The notes under the pieces: generated by a model
Database searches by the model: none
The model's input: only the letters and a program-made list of their open reading frames with translations
What the model was told of the DNA's origin: nothing
Position numbers and translations under genes: made by a program
Source of the DNA: Tubiluchus corallicola
Lineage: Eukaryota > Animalia > Priapulida
Length of the DNA stretch: 64,000 nt
Assembly: GCA_030141605.1 (NCBI GenBank)
Contig: JAQGDQ010000002.1
Span: 1,612,001-1,676,000, forward strand
Reading direction: 5' to 3'
Shown: in pieces, positions 37,199 to 50,103 of the stretch
How positions within the stretch are numbered: the stretch's first letter is position 1
Layout: every line of letters begins with the position of its first letter

Positions 37199-40053
37199 TG
37201 CATATGCTACTGTGCCTTCTTTTAAGTTCTTCAGTTTCAGTTACTGTCCTGGCATTCAGCATTTCACTGATGTATATCAATTGCAATCTACTTGATTTAT
37301 AATTAAGAGTCGAAGACAGAAATGATTATAACAATAAAGGGCTTGATATTTGTAATTCTCTCTCATCTTCTGTGGCTGCTACGCTGGTAAATGGCTTATA
37401 GTTGTCGGTTCTTAATACTGTTAGTAAAAACTAATTAACATGCACGATGACCGTGGCGTTGTACACTATATAAGCATGAATCCCAATACTATCCTAACTG
37501 GGATAGTAATAACAGGATGGCATCCAGGAATCTGCTTAACCTGGAGAGTGGAGACTAGTGTTATGGCGATTCAGGCGTTTGGGGATGTGGTCAATCTTGC
37601 ATGTTGCTTTTGGTTTTTTTGCAGCGATTTGCATCCTGCCAGGTGTGTGTGGGGGGAGGGAGGGAGGTGGATTGTTGGTGGTGGTGTATTTTGCATTATT
37701 TACTTGTCTTCGTTTTGCTTCTTCTAGGAATAATATTACGATTTTAAAAATATAAAGACTAGTAACGGTGTCATCTAACTGCCGATTCAGGCCCAGAATC
37801 AGTATTTAAAGTGCAAATTTTTAAATCAGGCAAAAGCCGCAAAACCATTAACTGAACTACTCGAGGCTTTCACTAAACGTTTTAACTTGTAGCTTTAGTG
37901 TGGTAGCTAAGCAACGTTGTGAGTCATTGTGAAAATTGCAGTATTTTCCTGTAAAGCTTATTCTTTAAATTTTTTAAGAACCAGTCTCAATTGCAAGCTT
38001 TGAAACAATTCGTACAGAGAGCTTTCACAATATTAAACTCTATTCATATCCATCTCACAACTCGAACGCAGCTTTACTCAGCGGAAAAACATAGCCAGAT
38101 TATGGTCTAATTAGCACCACTTGTGTTTGTTATTATTTTTGTCACCGCTCGAAGGTAAACAAACATTTGCAGACTAACAAAGCCGCGTGTACGAGCCAGC
38201 ACTGAGGTATGTTTTCTATCTTTTTTACAACTGTCAATGGCGGCTTCATTGAGAATTGCTGCATATGAAAAAACGGGATCAAATTAGTAGTTTCAGTAGC
38301 CATGCAAAGCGTAGATCCGCCGCCGGTATTTCCCGCGGTTATAATTGATTCTCTGCAAATGTCAGTTTGTTGAAAAGCAGTGAAACAGTTTGTTATCAAA
38401 CACTGGCTTCTGCTTGGTATAAACTAACATTAGAGGTCGATCCCTTTAAATTCGATGTAGCGTACAGGAATGTAGTCAAGACAAGTTAAGGGTAGGGCAG
38501 TAAAGTAATTTGGCCCGATTTAGGCCTACACCGTCTAATTTCGGGTTGGGTGATAGAAGGGAAGGATAACGCTGCTAATAGGCATGACTCACAGTGAATG
38601 ACTAAGAACACTGATATACTTATTATTAGAGACTGTTAATCCAACTTTAATATTCTCGATCTATACATTAAATTTCATCTCTTAAGTTTTATTTACATGA
38701 GGCTAAGTTACATCAAACGAAGTTTGTGCTTCGCAGAGTAAACAGCAGGGAAACTGACTTTCCATCATACGTAACGTGTTGCTGTAACGATATTATTGTA
38801 ACTGTTTGTTACGTCAAATATAAATAAACAAAGGCCGCATGATAAACAGAAAAGTCGCGAAGTAAAATTCCATCCAGACAGTGAGACGTGGAACGTTGGG
38901 GAAACAAAACCCCCTCCCAAACCTCTTTTTCTGCATCATTTAGAGCTTTGCTTCCTAGTCACTTGTCTAGAGCACATCTGTTCGTGTGTTCGTTGAATTA
39001 AGTGATAGCTAACAATTTCCAGTGTTTGAATTACGTGTGTAACAAACTCATGCATTAATGTGTCCTTTTTCTTAATGTTTTAGCTGTCAAACTCAATGAG
39101 TTGGTTTTTTATCATCAAACAAGGCACGAACATCAATCGCCATTGGCTCAAGTGTATGAGGACACACATTTTTGAGGGCATTCATCTAAATAGTAGATAT
39201 ATATCAACTCAATAACGCATCGACTTGAAATAATTAGCGCGCACAAATATTTTTACGTAGGCTTATAACTTTGCCACATTTTCGCTTATCTTCAAACTTT
39301 TTAAAATTTATTCCTTGTTACATTTACTCTCACCCCAATTTTTAGTAATTTTGTTTGTCAGCGTGAAGCCGCGTATCAGTGTTTTTTTATTGACGTCCTT
39401 TTATGCTTGAGAGTAATTTGTGACTCTGCGAGGGTTGTTGTTTTTGTGACATAACGCCCTAGCTGTGAAGTCCCTGCTGGTAGCGAAAGATAAAGTTGTG
39501 TAATCAACGCCAGAAGCTTATCAGAACTAGTGGCAACAGCACGCACAGGCATGTGGGTCTCGCGACTTGATGAGGACCAGACGTCCTAAACGCTTGGTGA
39601 ATTGATTAATCGTAGCTATTGTAATTGTGCTCTGATTCTGTCGTGCTGCATACTTCCATCTTAACGTATTTTGAAATTGCTGCATCAGTTTGCAGAAGTT
39701 AATTATTATACTGTAATCTTTGTTTTAATCGCCGTTTTCTTCTTTTTGTTGACGCTCCATTTTGGTTGCTGAGATGTTTAAATACTTAGATTACATTAGA
39801 ATGTTCTTTAGGACTTGCAGAAATCCGTTCTTAGAGAGTTTGTGCATATTCAAATTAGCCTGTAACTAGCAATAAAACTATAGCAACTGATCTATGGAGT
39901 ATCATTTTTATCGTGCCACTAATTGAAACGTAATTTCAAATTATGTTTTAGATTGCTTATGGAGAATGCTTATTGCATTTATTTATTACTTGGCGAGTAT
40001 TCTCAATTTACGTAAGGATTATTGTCAATCATGTGTTTTCTGTTTCTTTGCAG

Positions 40054-40943
40054 GTTCGTCTGTGGAAATTGCGCCAGGTTTACTAAATATGTTTGACTCC
40101 CTGGTATCCAAGGAAACACACTCTTCAATGGATACCAGCAGTCAATCAGAAGTACCATCACTCATCAGAAAATCTGGTCTAGTGACTTACGTTGACTTTC
40201 GGAAAAACACAAATGTAATAGAAGGTGTCAACCATCCAAAGCTCACAGAGAACTCAGAATCGACAACAACAGCTGTGTCTGAAGAGGCCGAGATAAAAAT
40301 TCGAGAAGCAGCTGTCAGTCTCACTGAATCCAAGGGAAGATCAACGTTTTTTGCCCCCAGCCCCAGCAGTGATAATTCAGTAAACTCAACAAAGGAGCTA
40401 ATCAGGGCTAGAAGAGAACATTTTTTGGCTTCTACCCCTCTTCCAAAGGGTGACACTGACCAAACCAGTGGAGATGTACAAGTTCTCCAACCATCCCAGC
40501 CTCCTGCTGCAGGCAACTCTTGTGATTGCCCAATGTCTGAAAACTTGGATTGCAACCAGGTTTGTTCTAAGAAATGTAATGAACACGGCATCTCCTGCGT
40601 ATGTAATAAGCGAAAACACAGTGAGCTCTATGATGGCGATGACTGTGCAGCCAAGCGGCCACTCAGTAATGTGTCAACGACATCGACTGACTCCACGTCC
40701 TCCTACAGCAAAAAATGTCCTATGGCTTGCACTGAAGGGTACGAGTCTGAAGATGTCAGCACAGATGATGTTCTAGAAGCAGAAAACAGGGTCCAAGATG
40801 CCGGTGAGAAACGTGATTCTGTGTCTTCTGTACCTGGAAAACGTTTGCAGTTTCCTGATGGTATGTCTTACCTGGAGAAAGTTGTTGCAGAAATTGTGGA
40901 GACAGAAAGGACGTATGTGCGGGATTTACAAGAAATTATTGAG
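40054..40943 (+). CDS. PLEKHG1: PLEKHG1/2/3-family RhoGEF, coding exon 1 (first in-frame ATG at 40089; may be extended by upstream exons); start of DH domain
   Basis: Acceptor TTTCTTTGCAG ends at 40053, donor GAG|GTACGA at 40943/44. RPLSNVSTTSTDSTSS resembles the family N-terminal RPVS.S motif; YLEKVVAEIVETERTYVRDLQEIIE is the DH CR1 helix. Symbol denotes the co-ortholog of PLEKHG1/2/3. Confidence 0.9.
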
Positions 40944-43201
40944 GTACGACTATAAAATATATTTCTTGTCATAATCTATTATAGATATTTTGACAAAAAT
41001 CTCAAGAGGTCTAAAGCCATTAACTAATACGTTTGTAGTTCTAGTATGGAATGGGGATTTAATATTTATTAACAAGTTGTGAAGTTTTGCTTGACCTGTT
41101 TGGCTTATTGTGCCAGCCATACCTTCTGTTATAATGAACCTGGATTTCTGGAGCATAAGCTACTTAGTTGCATTCAGTACTTTGCTGAACTTATGTTATT
41201 TAACCTTAAGCTTTAAGCTTAACCCATTCACCACATATGGTATTATGTATTATTATAATGGCGTTCTAGATTCATGGTCACTTACTGTTCTATTGTACTC
41301 AATGTTATTCTAGTAACACCACTTGCTGGTGTGTTAGCTATTGGTTTACTGGATAATAGGTATATAGTAGATAGTCTTTAAGCTAGGGGTAGACAGGGTT
41401 AGATATAACATAAGAGTGACCATGCTGTAATATCTGGGGCCATAGTAATAGTACACCAATAAGTTCGAGAATAACTGGTTCACATTAAGACTTGTTAAAA
41501 AGATAAAAAATGAGATTGAAAACTGTCATGGTTTAATAACGACCAGTAAGAACCTAACAGTACCTAGTCTGCCCATTGAGCTTAGGCATGCGCTACCATG
41601 GCACATTATGCGCTTTCCATGTGGAGAAAAAGAGTTTCATCATAAAATAGGTCAGCTGGGCCGAGAATGTGAACGTTCATCAATCATTAAATGATTAAAA
41701 AAGTGCAAACTGAAAATACAAAATGTTATTTAAACTTGATTTTGCTTGAACAGTGAAGGTCTTAAGATTAAATTTTAATAATAATAATCTTTATTTAGTT
41801 CACTGACTACTCAGGCAAAACAATAAATTAGTGCGTATTCGGGTTTTAATACTAAAATAGTTCAGAATAAAAGCCAGAGTTCACTTAAATTCCAGAGTTT
41901 AGTTAATTCAAAGTAGTATACATTTGAGCATGGTTTATAATCCTCATAGATACAGTAATAGTATTCAGGATATAGATACGGAAATGTGTTCATCTAGAAA
42001 TGTTCATCTATTTATAGATTGTTTCTGTAACCTGCAACAAGGATTGATTTGATCCATATTTACAGTTTAGTTAGCTCCTTGTAGGCACCTTAACTTTGCG
42101 AACCATTTGTTGAAAGTTTATCACATTTCTTGATCATCTAAGAAAATTGTAGCAGATTTTGTGGCAAGGTATCCTTAACTTGTAAAGCTGGTGGTGTTTG
42201 CTTACCTACATTGTTGTTATAATGTCAGATTAATAAATGTAAGGTCTTTTTCTTTGACAAAGCCATGAATTACTGTTAGTCGTAAAGTATGTCTGTTTTA
42301 TATTTTTCAAGCTAACAAAACTAGTGGTCCACAGTTGTGGATTTCGTCTATCCGATGCGGTAAGAGTCAAATGATAATGGTACATTTATGCTATAGCGTT
42401 ATATAATCAGTCAGGTTATAGTGGATGTGAAAGTCATACGGTGATACACCGAGTTCTACGGTGTGTGATAACTTTCTGATCTAGATTCTAAACGTCATGA
42501 ATAATATTTTCAAGACAATAAAGACTTATTGTAGCTGAAGCAGCATGAAAAAATTTCGTCCAGGTACAGTGGAAAATTGTTAGCAAGCGTGTATTAAACG
42601 TGTTTTAACCTATGTTGTTTCCCCCTTTACTCATTCATTAGCACTGTTTCATATAAATTGATAATGTTATTTTGTAGATGTGGGCTATAATTATATATAT
42701 ATATATACATTAAGTACAACGTTATAAATTCGTTATGACAAATTACAAACAAAATAAATTATTCGTTGTGTAGAGAGTATAAATTTGCACACGTACTGTA
42801 TTGGCCAGTGAAATTGCACACAACTGCCAATGAAAATACTGTTGTAACTTTATAGTTATATTGTAGTCTACAGTGTATTCATACTTTCGCGTTAGCCTTT
42901 TTAAGAACGTATTCGTATCGTTCCCCAATAAAAACTTTTAGATGTAAAATGAAAAAAACCTTCAAATAAATGTGTGTTGTATCGTGGAATATCGCCTGCA
43001 CATGTACTTTAAGGAGTTTGATGCAGCCCACTATTGTCCAGTTAAATTTGAGTGATAGTCGCAAGACATAATCATGTAAACTCTATTTTCAATAGTGATG
43101 TAAATGCATGGCTAATTTCTTTTGTCGTTTGCATAGCTATTGACTACATAATAAACTTTAAATATTGCTACACAAATATTTACATGCTATTTACTTGACA
43201 G

Positions 43202-43302
43202 GGTTATTTGGGAAGCATTGTGGACACACCTGAGATCAGAATAAGCCCAGAGGATGTCTGCGCTCTGTTTGGTAACATAGAGGAAATCCACGAGTTTAAT
43301 AG
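43202..43302 (+). CDS. PLEKHG1: RhoGEF exon 2 (DH): GYLGSIVDTPEIRISPEDVCALFGNIEEIHEFN
   Basis: GACAG acceptor, AG|GTAAAT donor, 101 nt, phase 0 to 2; LFGNIEEI DH motif. Confidence 0.92.
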
Positions 43303-43869
43303 GTAAATACTTTCTCTGACCTTATCAGAGAAACAAATCATCATCACCTGGAAATGGAAAACGCACCTTTCTTAAAATCACACCTGTAATTGTAATCCTG
43401 AGTCGAGAATTGCTTATCATGAGCTTGAAAGTCTTGTGTATTGAATATTAATTGATGTAAAGTGGTTGTAGGAACATGTATCCTGGTTGTGATTGTCGTC
43501 ACTAATACGTATACACTATCATTGTTATCATCATTATCACAATTAGCCCAGTTACCATCGACATCAAATTTATGACCCTGATCTACCTGAGAGTGCAGTG
43601 TAAGTGCAGGCTACAGGCCTAACTCGAAACTGGTTACCCTAAAGGTGCCAATTCTAGTGAGTGTTTGGTTGAATGACGGCTCTGTAGTTGGCAAACATAA
43701 GATTATCTATGCTCTAAATAATGTTAAATCCTCTATATGAGCGCTCCAGCCCTATGTGCAGGTTTAAAAGATTTTTTATGCAGTATTGCCACGCTAATAG
43801 TGAGTATATATAATGATAAAATAATACTATAGACCTGTATATGATCTACTTGCTTACATACTAGTTAAT

Positions 43870-44180
43870 TTTTGTCGAGTTGGGGATTTCCTCAATAGCG
43901 GTCATGAGCTTTCAGTGCAGTGAACCTTCTCAAGATTATTGTAGAAAATACCTCAAAAATGTGTTTACTATGAATCCCTCACCAGGGGAAATCTCTTCCG
44001 AACAAACTGCCACATCTTTAGCGCAGCTCCTTTGCAGTTTGCAATCGGTAATTCTCGTTTAGCAGAATTCTCCGCATATTTGTGCGTGCCATCAAACTCG
44101 GTTGGCACAAAAACGTGGGAGTCTTCGTCGTGTTACAAGATTGAGAAGCATTCCAGAAATTCCTTCCGATTTTTTAGGAT
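43870..44180 (-). mobile_element. Possible decayed CACTA/EnSpm-like transposase fragment in RhoGEF intron 2
   Basis: GC-richer intronic patch; broken minus-strand frames give EGISGMLLNLV and KGAALKMWQFVRKRFPL, loosely resembling LEGV.P..L.L and A.QMW..R.LPL motifs. Weak. Confidence 0.25.
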
Positions 44181-45713
44181 AAATTAAGATCTCAGTTGAG
44201 ATACAGATACATAATTTAATGCATCTTTTCTAGCTTTTATCGCAAGGTTATTGTACTACTGATACAGGCAAAAACCTAGCTATAGCCCAAAACGCTCCGA
44301 AGACTCCAAAACTGCCACTAGCAGTAACTGTTATAGTCGTACAGAATGGTTATTTCTGTATGTGGCGAGTTTGACAGTGTAACCTACTGATAGTCTTATT
44401 GGTAGTCGGGTACAGTAATTTTATTGTTTCACTCAGTAGCTCCAATTAATTAACCATTATGTTGCTTTACCCATTACTCATAACACTTTCCTGTAGCTTT
44501 AGTCAAATTGTTTAACTCGACAATACAGCAACACATTTTAAGTAACTAGTCACCATTGTGACCTTAGCTGTAATCAAATGTTATAAAATATTATTGCAAG
44601 AATTACAAACAAACAATTTGTTCGGGGTTAAAAGACGTGAAAGTTGAAATAACAACGCGTGACACTTTTTTGGATTCTAATTTTATTGAATTACAAATGA
44701 AAGCCTTAATACTCGGGCATGGACCCTTGATTTTAAGGTGACGGTGACTTTGCCTAATCTATTTGCTTAATGTGCAATAGATCTACTGCCAGTAAATAAA
44801 AGTAGGATACATTAAAAATAAGATAAGATCTTATTATATCCTATTATATTAGTATTCTGATAATAAAATATTTTTGTTACCCCGAAATCAGTCATTGTCA
44901 GCTTGTAATGCCAAAATCACAGCCCGTATAAGTAAAGCAAACAAACAAATAAATAATTTAAATAAATAAAATAATACATAAATTGTTCTGTTGTGTAAAT
45001 GGCAGGACATCTATATATTTAGCTGTTTGCAAGCTTGCGCTTTTAGCTTTCTGTTCAGAGACACTGCGTGACATATTTGCAAGTTTAGCATAAAATTTTG
45101 CAATTTTCACAACTACTGCCAATTACTGATAATTATTATTATATTGTTCTTACATTTTAATCAAAGGCATAATGTTTTAATAATGTGATAACTTTTTATG
45201 CTGGTCATTTAACCTTAAGTTGAGACATTTGTGTTTATGAATTATCAACCATGTTAACAGAAAATAGATAACTTTCTAGACTTCAATAGTCACTGATAAT
45301 AATCAACCTGAAAATTTCAGTTCGTTTACACTTTTTCTTAATACTGGTCCCCATCATTATTTTAACATTATACTCAGTCTAATTTTACTAATTCTGGTTG
45401 CAGAATATAGCATAAAAATTGAAAACAGAAATTGCCAGTGCAGATTTGTGATAAAAAATATTGTGAATTTTTTCAAGATAAACTAGGAACGAAAAAGAAG
45501 TTCCATCAAATCTTGCATATTAAATTGGATTTACAGAAATGTTAACTGTGGTTATGAGGTCAAAAATTATTTTATGTTTAATTATTTTCCTGTTGTCTGC
45601 TCTATTGTATGTATTGTTTGGCTTTTGTATTAGCCGTGGAAAAATTCTATTTAAAGTGATAACTGAAAGTTGTGATATTTGTTAAGTTAAAATTTTCCAC
45701 AATTTTTTTTCAG

Positions 45714-45833
45714 TGGCCTGCTGCAAGATTTGGAAAAGAATCAGTCAAACGCTGTTGAAATTGCCAAGTGTTTTGTGAAGCACAGTGAAGGTTTCACAGT
45801 CATCTACACTGAATATTGCACAAGTTATCCAAA
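45714..45833 (+). CDS. PLEKHG1: RhoGEF exon 3 (DH): GLLQDLEKNQSNAVEIAKCFVKHSEGFTVIYTEYCTSYP
   Basis: T-tract CAG acceptor, AA|GTAATG donor, 120 nt, phase 2 to 2. Confidence 0.92.
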
Positions 45834-46149
45834 GTAATGGGATTTTAATGCTGCAAAGATTTGTAATAAAAAACACTGTCTGTCAGTAGTAGGAAAATGA
45901 AGATTTCAAAATAAAATAAAATAAAATTAAATTAACCAGCTTTTGCCCAACCTTGGTTACTAAACCACTAAGTGTTGTTTAAATAGCCATCTCCTAGTTC
46001 TGTTTAAATTAGATTATACATTGTATACATGCATTTTCCTTTTTTGGTTGTTGCATTTATGCTTTGAACTACAAACATACAATGTATATTTTTGATTCTG
46101 CTTACATTGTTTCTGGCATGCCACATTTTTGGTGTTTATTGTTTCACAG

Positions 46150-46300
46150 GTCGATGACTGTGCTAACACAATGCATGAACAATAAAGAGTCAGCAGATTT
46201 CTTCCGGATCTGTCAGCTAGCATTACGTCATGGATTGCCACTTGGATCTTATTTGTTAAAACCCGTCCAAAGAATTCTCAAGTATCATCTTTTGCTCAAG
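46150..46300 (+). CDS. PLEKHG1: RhoGEF exon 4 (DH CR3): ...[22 protein letters not shown]
   Basis: CACAG acceptor, AAG|GTATTG donor, 151 nt; signature [19 protein letters not shown] of PLEKHG1/2/3. Confidence 0.95.
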
Positions 46301-46843
46301 GTATTGTTCATTCTGCACTCACAATTCCCTGTAATAGTATCTCTATATCAGATGTGCAAAAATATAAAAAAGTGGATCTTGCTTGTTCAGCAACATAAAT
46401 CAAACTTGTTCTAGGAATATTAGAACAACATCTTAATTATAGTACATTATACACTTTATGATGTATCCACTGTATAAGACATTTTTTGAGTTTATTTTAT
46501 GTATGCTTTTTCAAAGTGCCTGTAGTGTAAGCCATAGTTAAGATCAGGGAACCATAGATAACCATTGTTCTCTATTAACTAGAATTGACTTGATAGTGGT
46601 GTGATGGTGTGCATATGCCTTAGCAGAAAATGGATAAATGCTTTTCTATAAATGTACAATAAATTAATCCAGTTTAAACTTTATTTAATGTGTACATCAT
46701 ATACAAAAGAGTGCCCTTGATATTTTTTCTTTAGACTTCTATATTTCATGCTAGTTATCTTTTCCTCATATATATTTTTTGCGTGTGATGCAATATAATA
46801 CAAAATTTTTGTAACAAACTGAAACGATTTTTCACTGTTGCAG

Positions 46844-47008
46844 AATATGTTAAAAAATTATGATCGTGAAGATGAGAGTGGTACAGTCACCATTGGTCAA
46901 GCATTGGCTACTATGGAAAACATTGCTCAACATATTAACGACATGAAGCGTAAGCACGAACACACTGTGCGGGTACAGGAGATACAAAGCTTGCTGTTGA
47001 ACTGGAGG
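46844..47008 (+). CDS. PLEKHG1: RhoGEF exon 5 (end of DH): ...AQHINDMKRKHEHTVRVQEIQSLLLNWR
   Basis: TTGCAG acceptor, AGG|GTATGG donor, 165 nt; INDMKRKHEH.VR.QEIQSLL motif. Confidence 0.95.
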
Positions 47009-47559
47009 GTATGGACTGTTGAATTTAAATAAAATATGTCACAATTTAAAACGTTTTCTGTAATTGTAATTGAACATAACTATAGAATTTCTGTTTCATT
47101 TTAACAACATTTTTAGCACAATGAATCTTCATTTACTATACATATGTGTTACTAACTCAAGTGTATTGTTACTGCACTGCGTTTTTTCAAATTACTCTAG
47201 ACTACCTGATTGCATGTTTGCTTTTCTTGGCTGAGCATTTCATAAAACAGCTTTTCAGTTTGACTAGCCACCTTCAAATTTTGTTCAGTAAAATTTTCTA
47301 ATGGAATTCCATTCAGATGTATTATAACGATTTCATGATGTCTTGATTATTGTAGAGCACTGTTTTGTGATACTAAAATACCGTGCAAAAGTGGATCTTA
47401 TCTTTTGCATGTCCCGCAGTTTCATATGAACAATTTATACTTAAGCATAAAGAAAGTAGCTGCGTATGCTGTTTGGAACTATGTTGCAAGGTCAAAGTTT
47501 CTACATTGCTAATTATTGTCTTCAAAGTGCCTTGTAACCGTTGTTACTCTGTATTTTAG

Positions 47560-47598
47560 GGCAATGATTTAACGACGTATGGAGAACTTGTGTTAGAG
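47560..47598 (+). CDS. PLEKHG1: RhoGEF exon 6 (39-nt mini-exon): GNDLTTYGELVLE
   Basis: TTTTAG acceptor, GAG|GTAAGT donor; matches the family G.DLT.YGELVLE motif at the PH start. Confidence 0.92.
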
Positions 47599-47929
47599 GT
47601 AAGTGAGCTAATTTCTTGCCTAGTGCTGCCACCTTTAGTGGTTGAAAGAAGCAAACAATGGTTTCTTCTCTAATTACTTTTATTACATTTTTTACAAACC
47701 TTTTTTATTATTAGTTTCCCACTTTTGATGTATTGATTATACTTTATTGAGTTCAAATAAATGGTATAAATGAACAAATAAATGTTATTTCAGATAAAAA
47801 ATAACACATTTTGTATGTTTCGGGCAAGCTAAATTTTAGCAGAGTGCTATTACCTTTAGTAATTGCAAACAAATTATAATGCAGTCAGTACCTAGCTTAC
47901 TGTATTAGAGTTTAATAATGTTTATATAG

Positions 47930-48046
47930 GATGAGTTCAAGATAGTTGGTGCAAAAGGCATGCGTTTGCTGCTGCTGTTTGATAAAGTTCTGATAATATG
48001 CAAACGGCGATCGGATGGGCCATACATATGCAAAGCGTACATTGAG
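47930..48046 (+). CDS. PLEKHG1: RhoGEF exon 7 (PH): DEFKIVGAKGMRLLLLFDKVLIICKRRSDGPYICKAYIE
   Basis: TATAG acceptor, GAG|GTAAAG donor, 117 nt. Confidence 0.9.
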
Positions 48047-48208
48047 GTAAAGTAGAAAAAATATGTTAATTTGCTAATTAACTACTGTAATTAATATTAA
48101 TTGTATTGCCGTGGGTAGTATCTGTACCGACATAATTAATTAATCGGCCAACTATTTTGAAAAGCGAACCCTGTGATGTACTTGACTCACGAGAATTTTT
48201 CTTTTCAG

Positions 48209-48304
48209 TGTTCGAATTTGATGTTGATAGAGAGTATTATGGGAGAACCTTTTGGTTTCCATGTAATTCCATTTGACAACCCAAAGTGTCAATATACAAT
48301 AGAG
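48209..48304 (+). CDS. PLEKHG1: RhoGEF exon 8 (PH): CSNLMLIESIMGEPFGFHVIPFDNPKCQYTIE
   Basis: TTTTCAG acceptor, GAG|GTGAGT donor, 96 nt; CSNLML.ES motif. Confidence 0.93.
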
Positions 48305-48739
48305 GTGAGTGATTATATTATTATGGTATGCACGAGTTATTTTAATTCCTCCTTTTATTTATGGCGAATTTGTTGGAGCTGCTCACATTGAATAAAAAGT
48401 TGTGTTGAATTTCAGACATTTATGGAAATATAACATATAAGGCACAAACTTGCATGTTGTTTTCTTGTAAATGTAGTGTACTGTAGTTATTCCAGAAACG
48501 TGAAATAAGCTTCTGAAATTTGCTCAGGTATTTGTGTGAATGTTTTTATACAGTTCAGGAATTCAGTACTCAATGTCTAACACTAAAATGTACTAAATGG
48601 TTTTGGCGGACCTAAATATCAAGGTTAAGTTGTTAAAATACTTAGCCACATTTGAATGGGAATACTTCCTCCCTCATTGTGGAGTCGAATTGCCGGAGAC
48701 AGTATTGTGACAACAGTGCCTAGAAGGCACCTTTCCTAA

Positions 48740-48800
48740 GACTTGCCATGCCATTTATTAGCCAAGTTTTGCCCTGCTTAACTTTTGTAACCAAGGCACA
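48740..48800 (-). mobile_element. 5S-like SINE head fragment (copy 2), in RhoGEF intron 8
   Basis: Minus strand TGTGCCTTGGTTACAAAAGTTAAGCAGGGCAAAACTTGGCTAATAAATGGCATGG; AAGTTAAGCAGGG resembles the 5S A-box region; colinear with 24706-24770. Confidence 0.5.
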
Positions 48801-49070
48801 CACTGTCACTACCCAACTCCATTTCCTCTCACATAATGTCAACTTAAAGATTTATGTTTAAAGCAATTTTGCATTTTAATAAGATATAAAAATAGCCCTG
48901 TTTCTCTCCTTGGTGAACTTTCACTGTTATAAAACTAAGCAGAATTTTTACATCTTGTAGGTACTATAGTGTGTGTGTTCCTGCCGCCTAGTGTTCTACG
49001 CATGTCAGTCAGCAGACAATGTAGATCCCAACATTTTCTGCCAATATGTTATGATGCTGCTGTTTTTTAG

Positions 49071-49197
49071 GCTCGAAGTTTGGAACAGAAAAGAGAGTGG
49101 ACGCAAACTTTGAAACGACTTATTCTGGAAAATTATATGGCCGACATACCGGAAAAGGCAAAAGAAATTGTGATGCAACTTGGACAGGATAATCAAG
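49071..49197 (+). CDS. PLEKHG1: RhoGEF exon 9 (PH helix): ARSLEQKREWTQTLKRLILENYMADIPEKAKEIVMQLGQDNQ
   Basis: TTTTTTAG acceptor, AAG|GTTTGT donor, 127 nt; LKRLILEN...IP.KAK family motif. Confidence 0.93.
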
Positions 49198-49717
49198 GTT
49201 TGTGTTGATTGCAACTTTATGTAAAATTTAAAATATTTCATGCAAAACATATGCCCTGTATTAAACAAGCTTAAGTTGGGGGGTTTAAGGTCTAAGTTTA
49301 TGCGCTTGGTGTCTCTTCCTCCCAGATTTTTAGAGAACACTTGTGAGAAACCTTGTACATATTATTAATAAACCAAAATGAATACAAAAACAAGAAATTA
49401 GCAAGAAAAACATTTGAAGCATATTTTAGTCTAATTACCTGCACCTCATTTTGAATGTAGCATTGTCACTTGTTGAACTGGTGCCTGTACCAAGAACTTC
49501 AATTCCCAAATTACTTATCTGTATTCACCAGAGTAAACTAGAGGATCTTTTAAGGACATACTCTTTCGTTAGTTGAAACCCTTAGCTAGGCAAACACAAA
49601 TCTTTTGACGAAATATTATTGTCATAAATTGATTTTTTGTTGTAATAAATTTAAGATACTATTTAGGTAGAGACTTGTTAATTTTATGCTAAATGTGCAG
49701 TTCGTTTTCTTTGATAG

Positions 49718-49846
49718 AAGAATTGCTGGCTGCAGGGAGGTTGGATAAAGGTGATAGTCATAAGAAGCAGCATCAAGCACCGGAGTATTTGGAAAAACGA
49801 AAAGCAATGCGACGCAAGTCTGATGGTTTTGCGCATAAAAAGAAAG
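49718..49846 (+). CDS. PLEKHG1: RhoGEF exon 10: ELLAAGRLDKGDSHKKQHQAPEYLEKRKAMRRKSDGFAHKKK
   Basis: TTGATAG(AAG) acceptor, AAG|GTCTGT donor, 129 nt, phase 1 to 1; frame open and compatible with both neighbours. Confidence 0.78.
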
Positions 49847-50103
49847 GTCTGTAGGGCGCACGAGTTTTCTTGCAGTACCCAGTACCGTATTTATTCGTTT
49901 TAGCACCCGTGCTTAACTAAGGGCTCATCCAAATAACGCCTTGTAAGGGACTTAAAGAGTAATAAACACCCACGCTTGACTGGGGGACCTGGTAATTAGC
50001 TTGGCTGAAAAAACAAGGGCCTGGGCTCTAAAATGAGTAAATATGGCAAGTTTAAATAAAAATTATTTTTTATTTAGCATTACTAAAATACATTATTTTT
50101 CAG

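Noticed and set aside
34281-39596. Candidate upstream coding exons of the RhoGEF (34281-34361, 36611/36678-36785, 39450-39596)
   Set aside because: Splice-like signals are present, but frames contain stops or phases do not fit the phase-1 acceptor at 40054; they may be UTR exons but cannot be supported.
39966-40053. N-terminal 29 aa of the 329-aa ORF (and likewise 50043-50103 of the 908-aa ORF)
   Set aside because: Intronic read-through upstream of clear polypyrimidine-AG acceptors.
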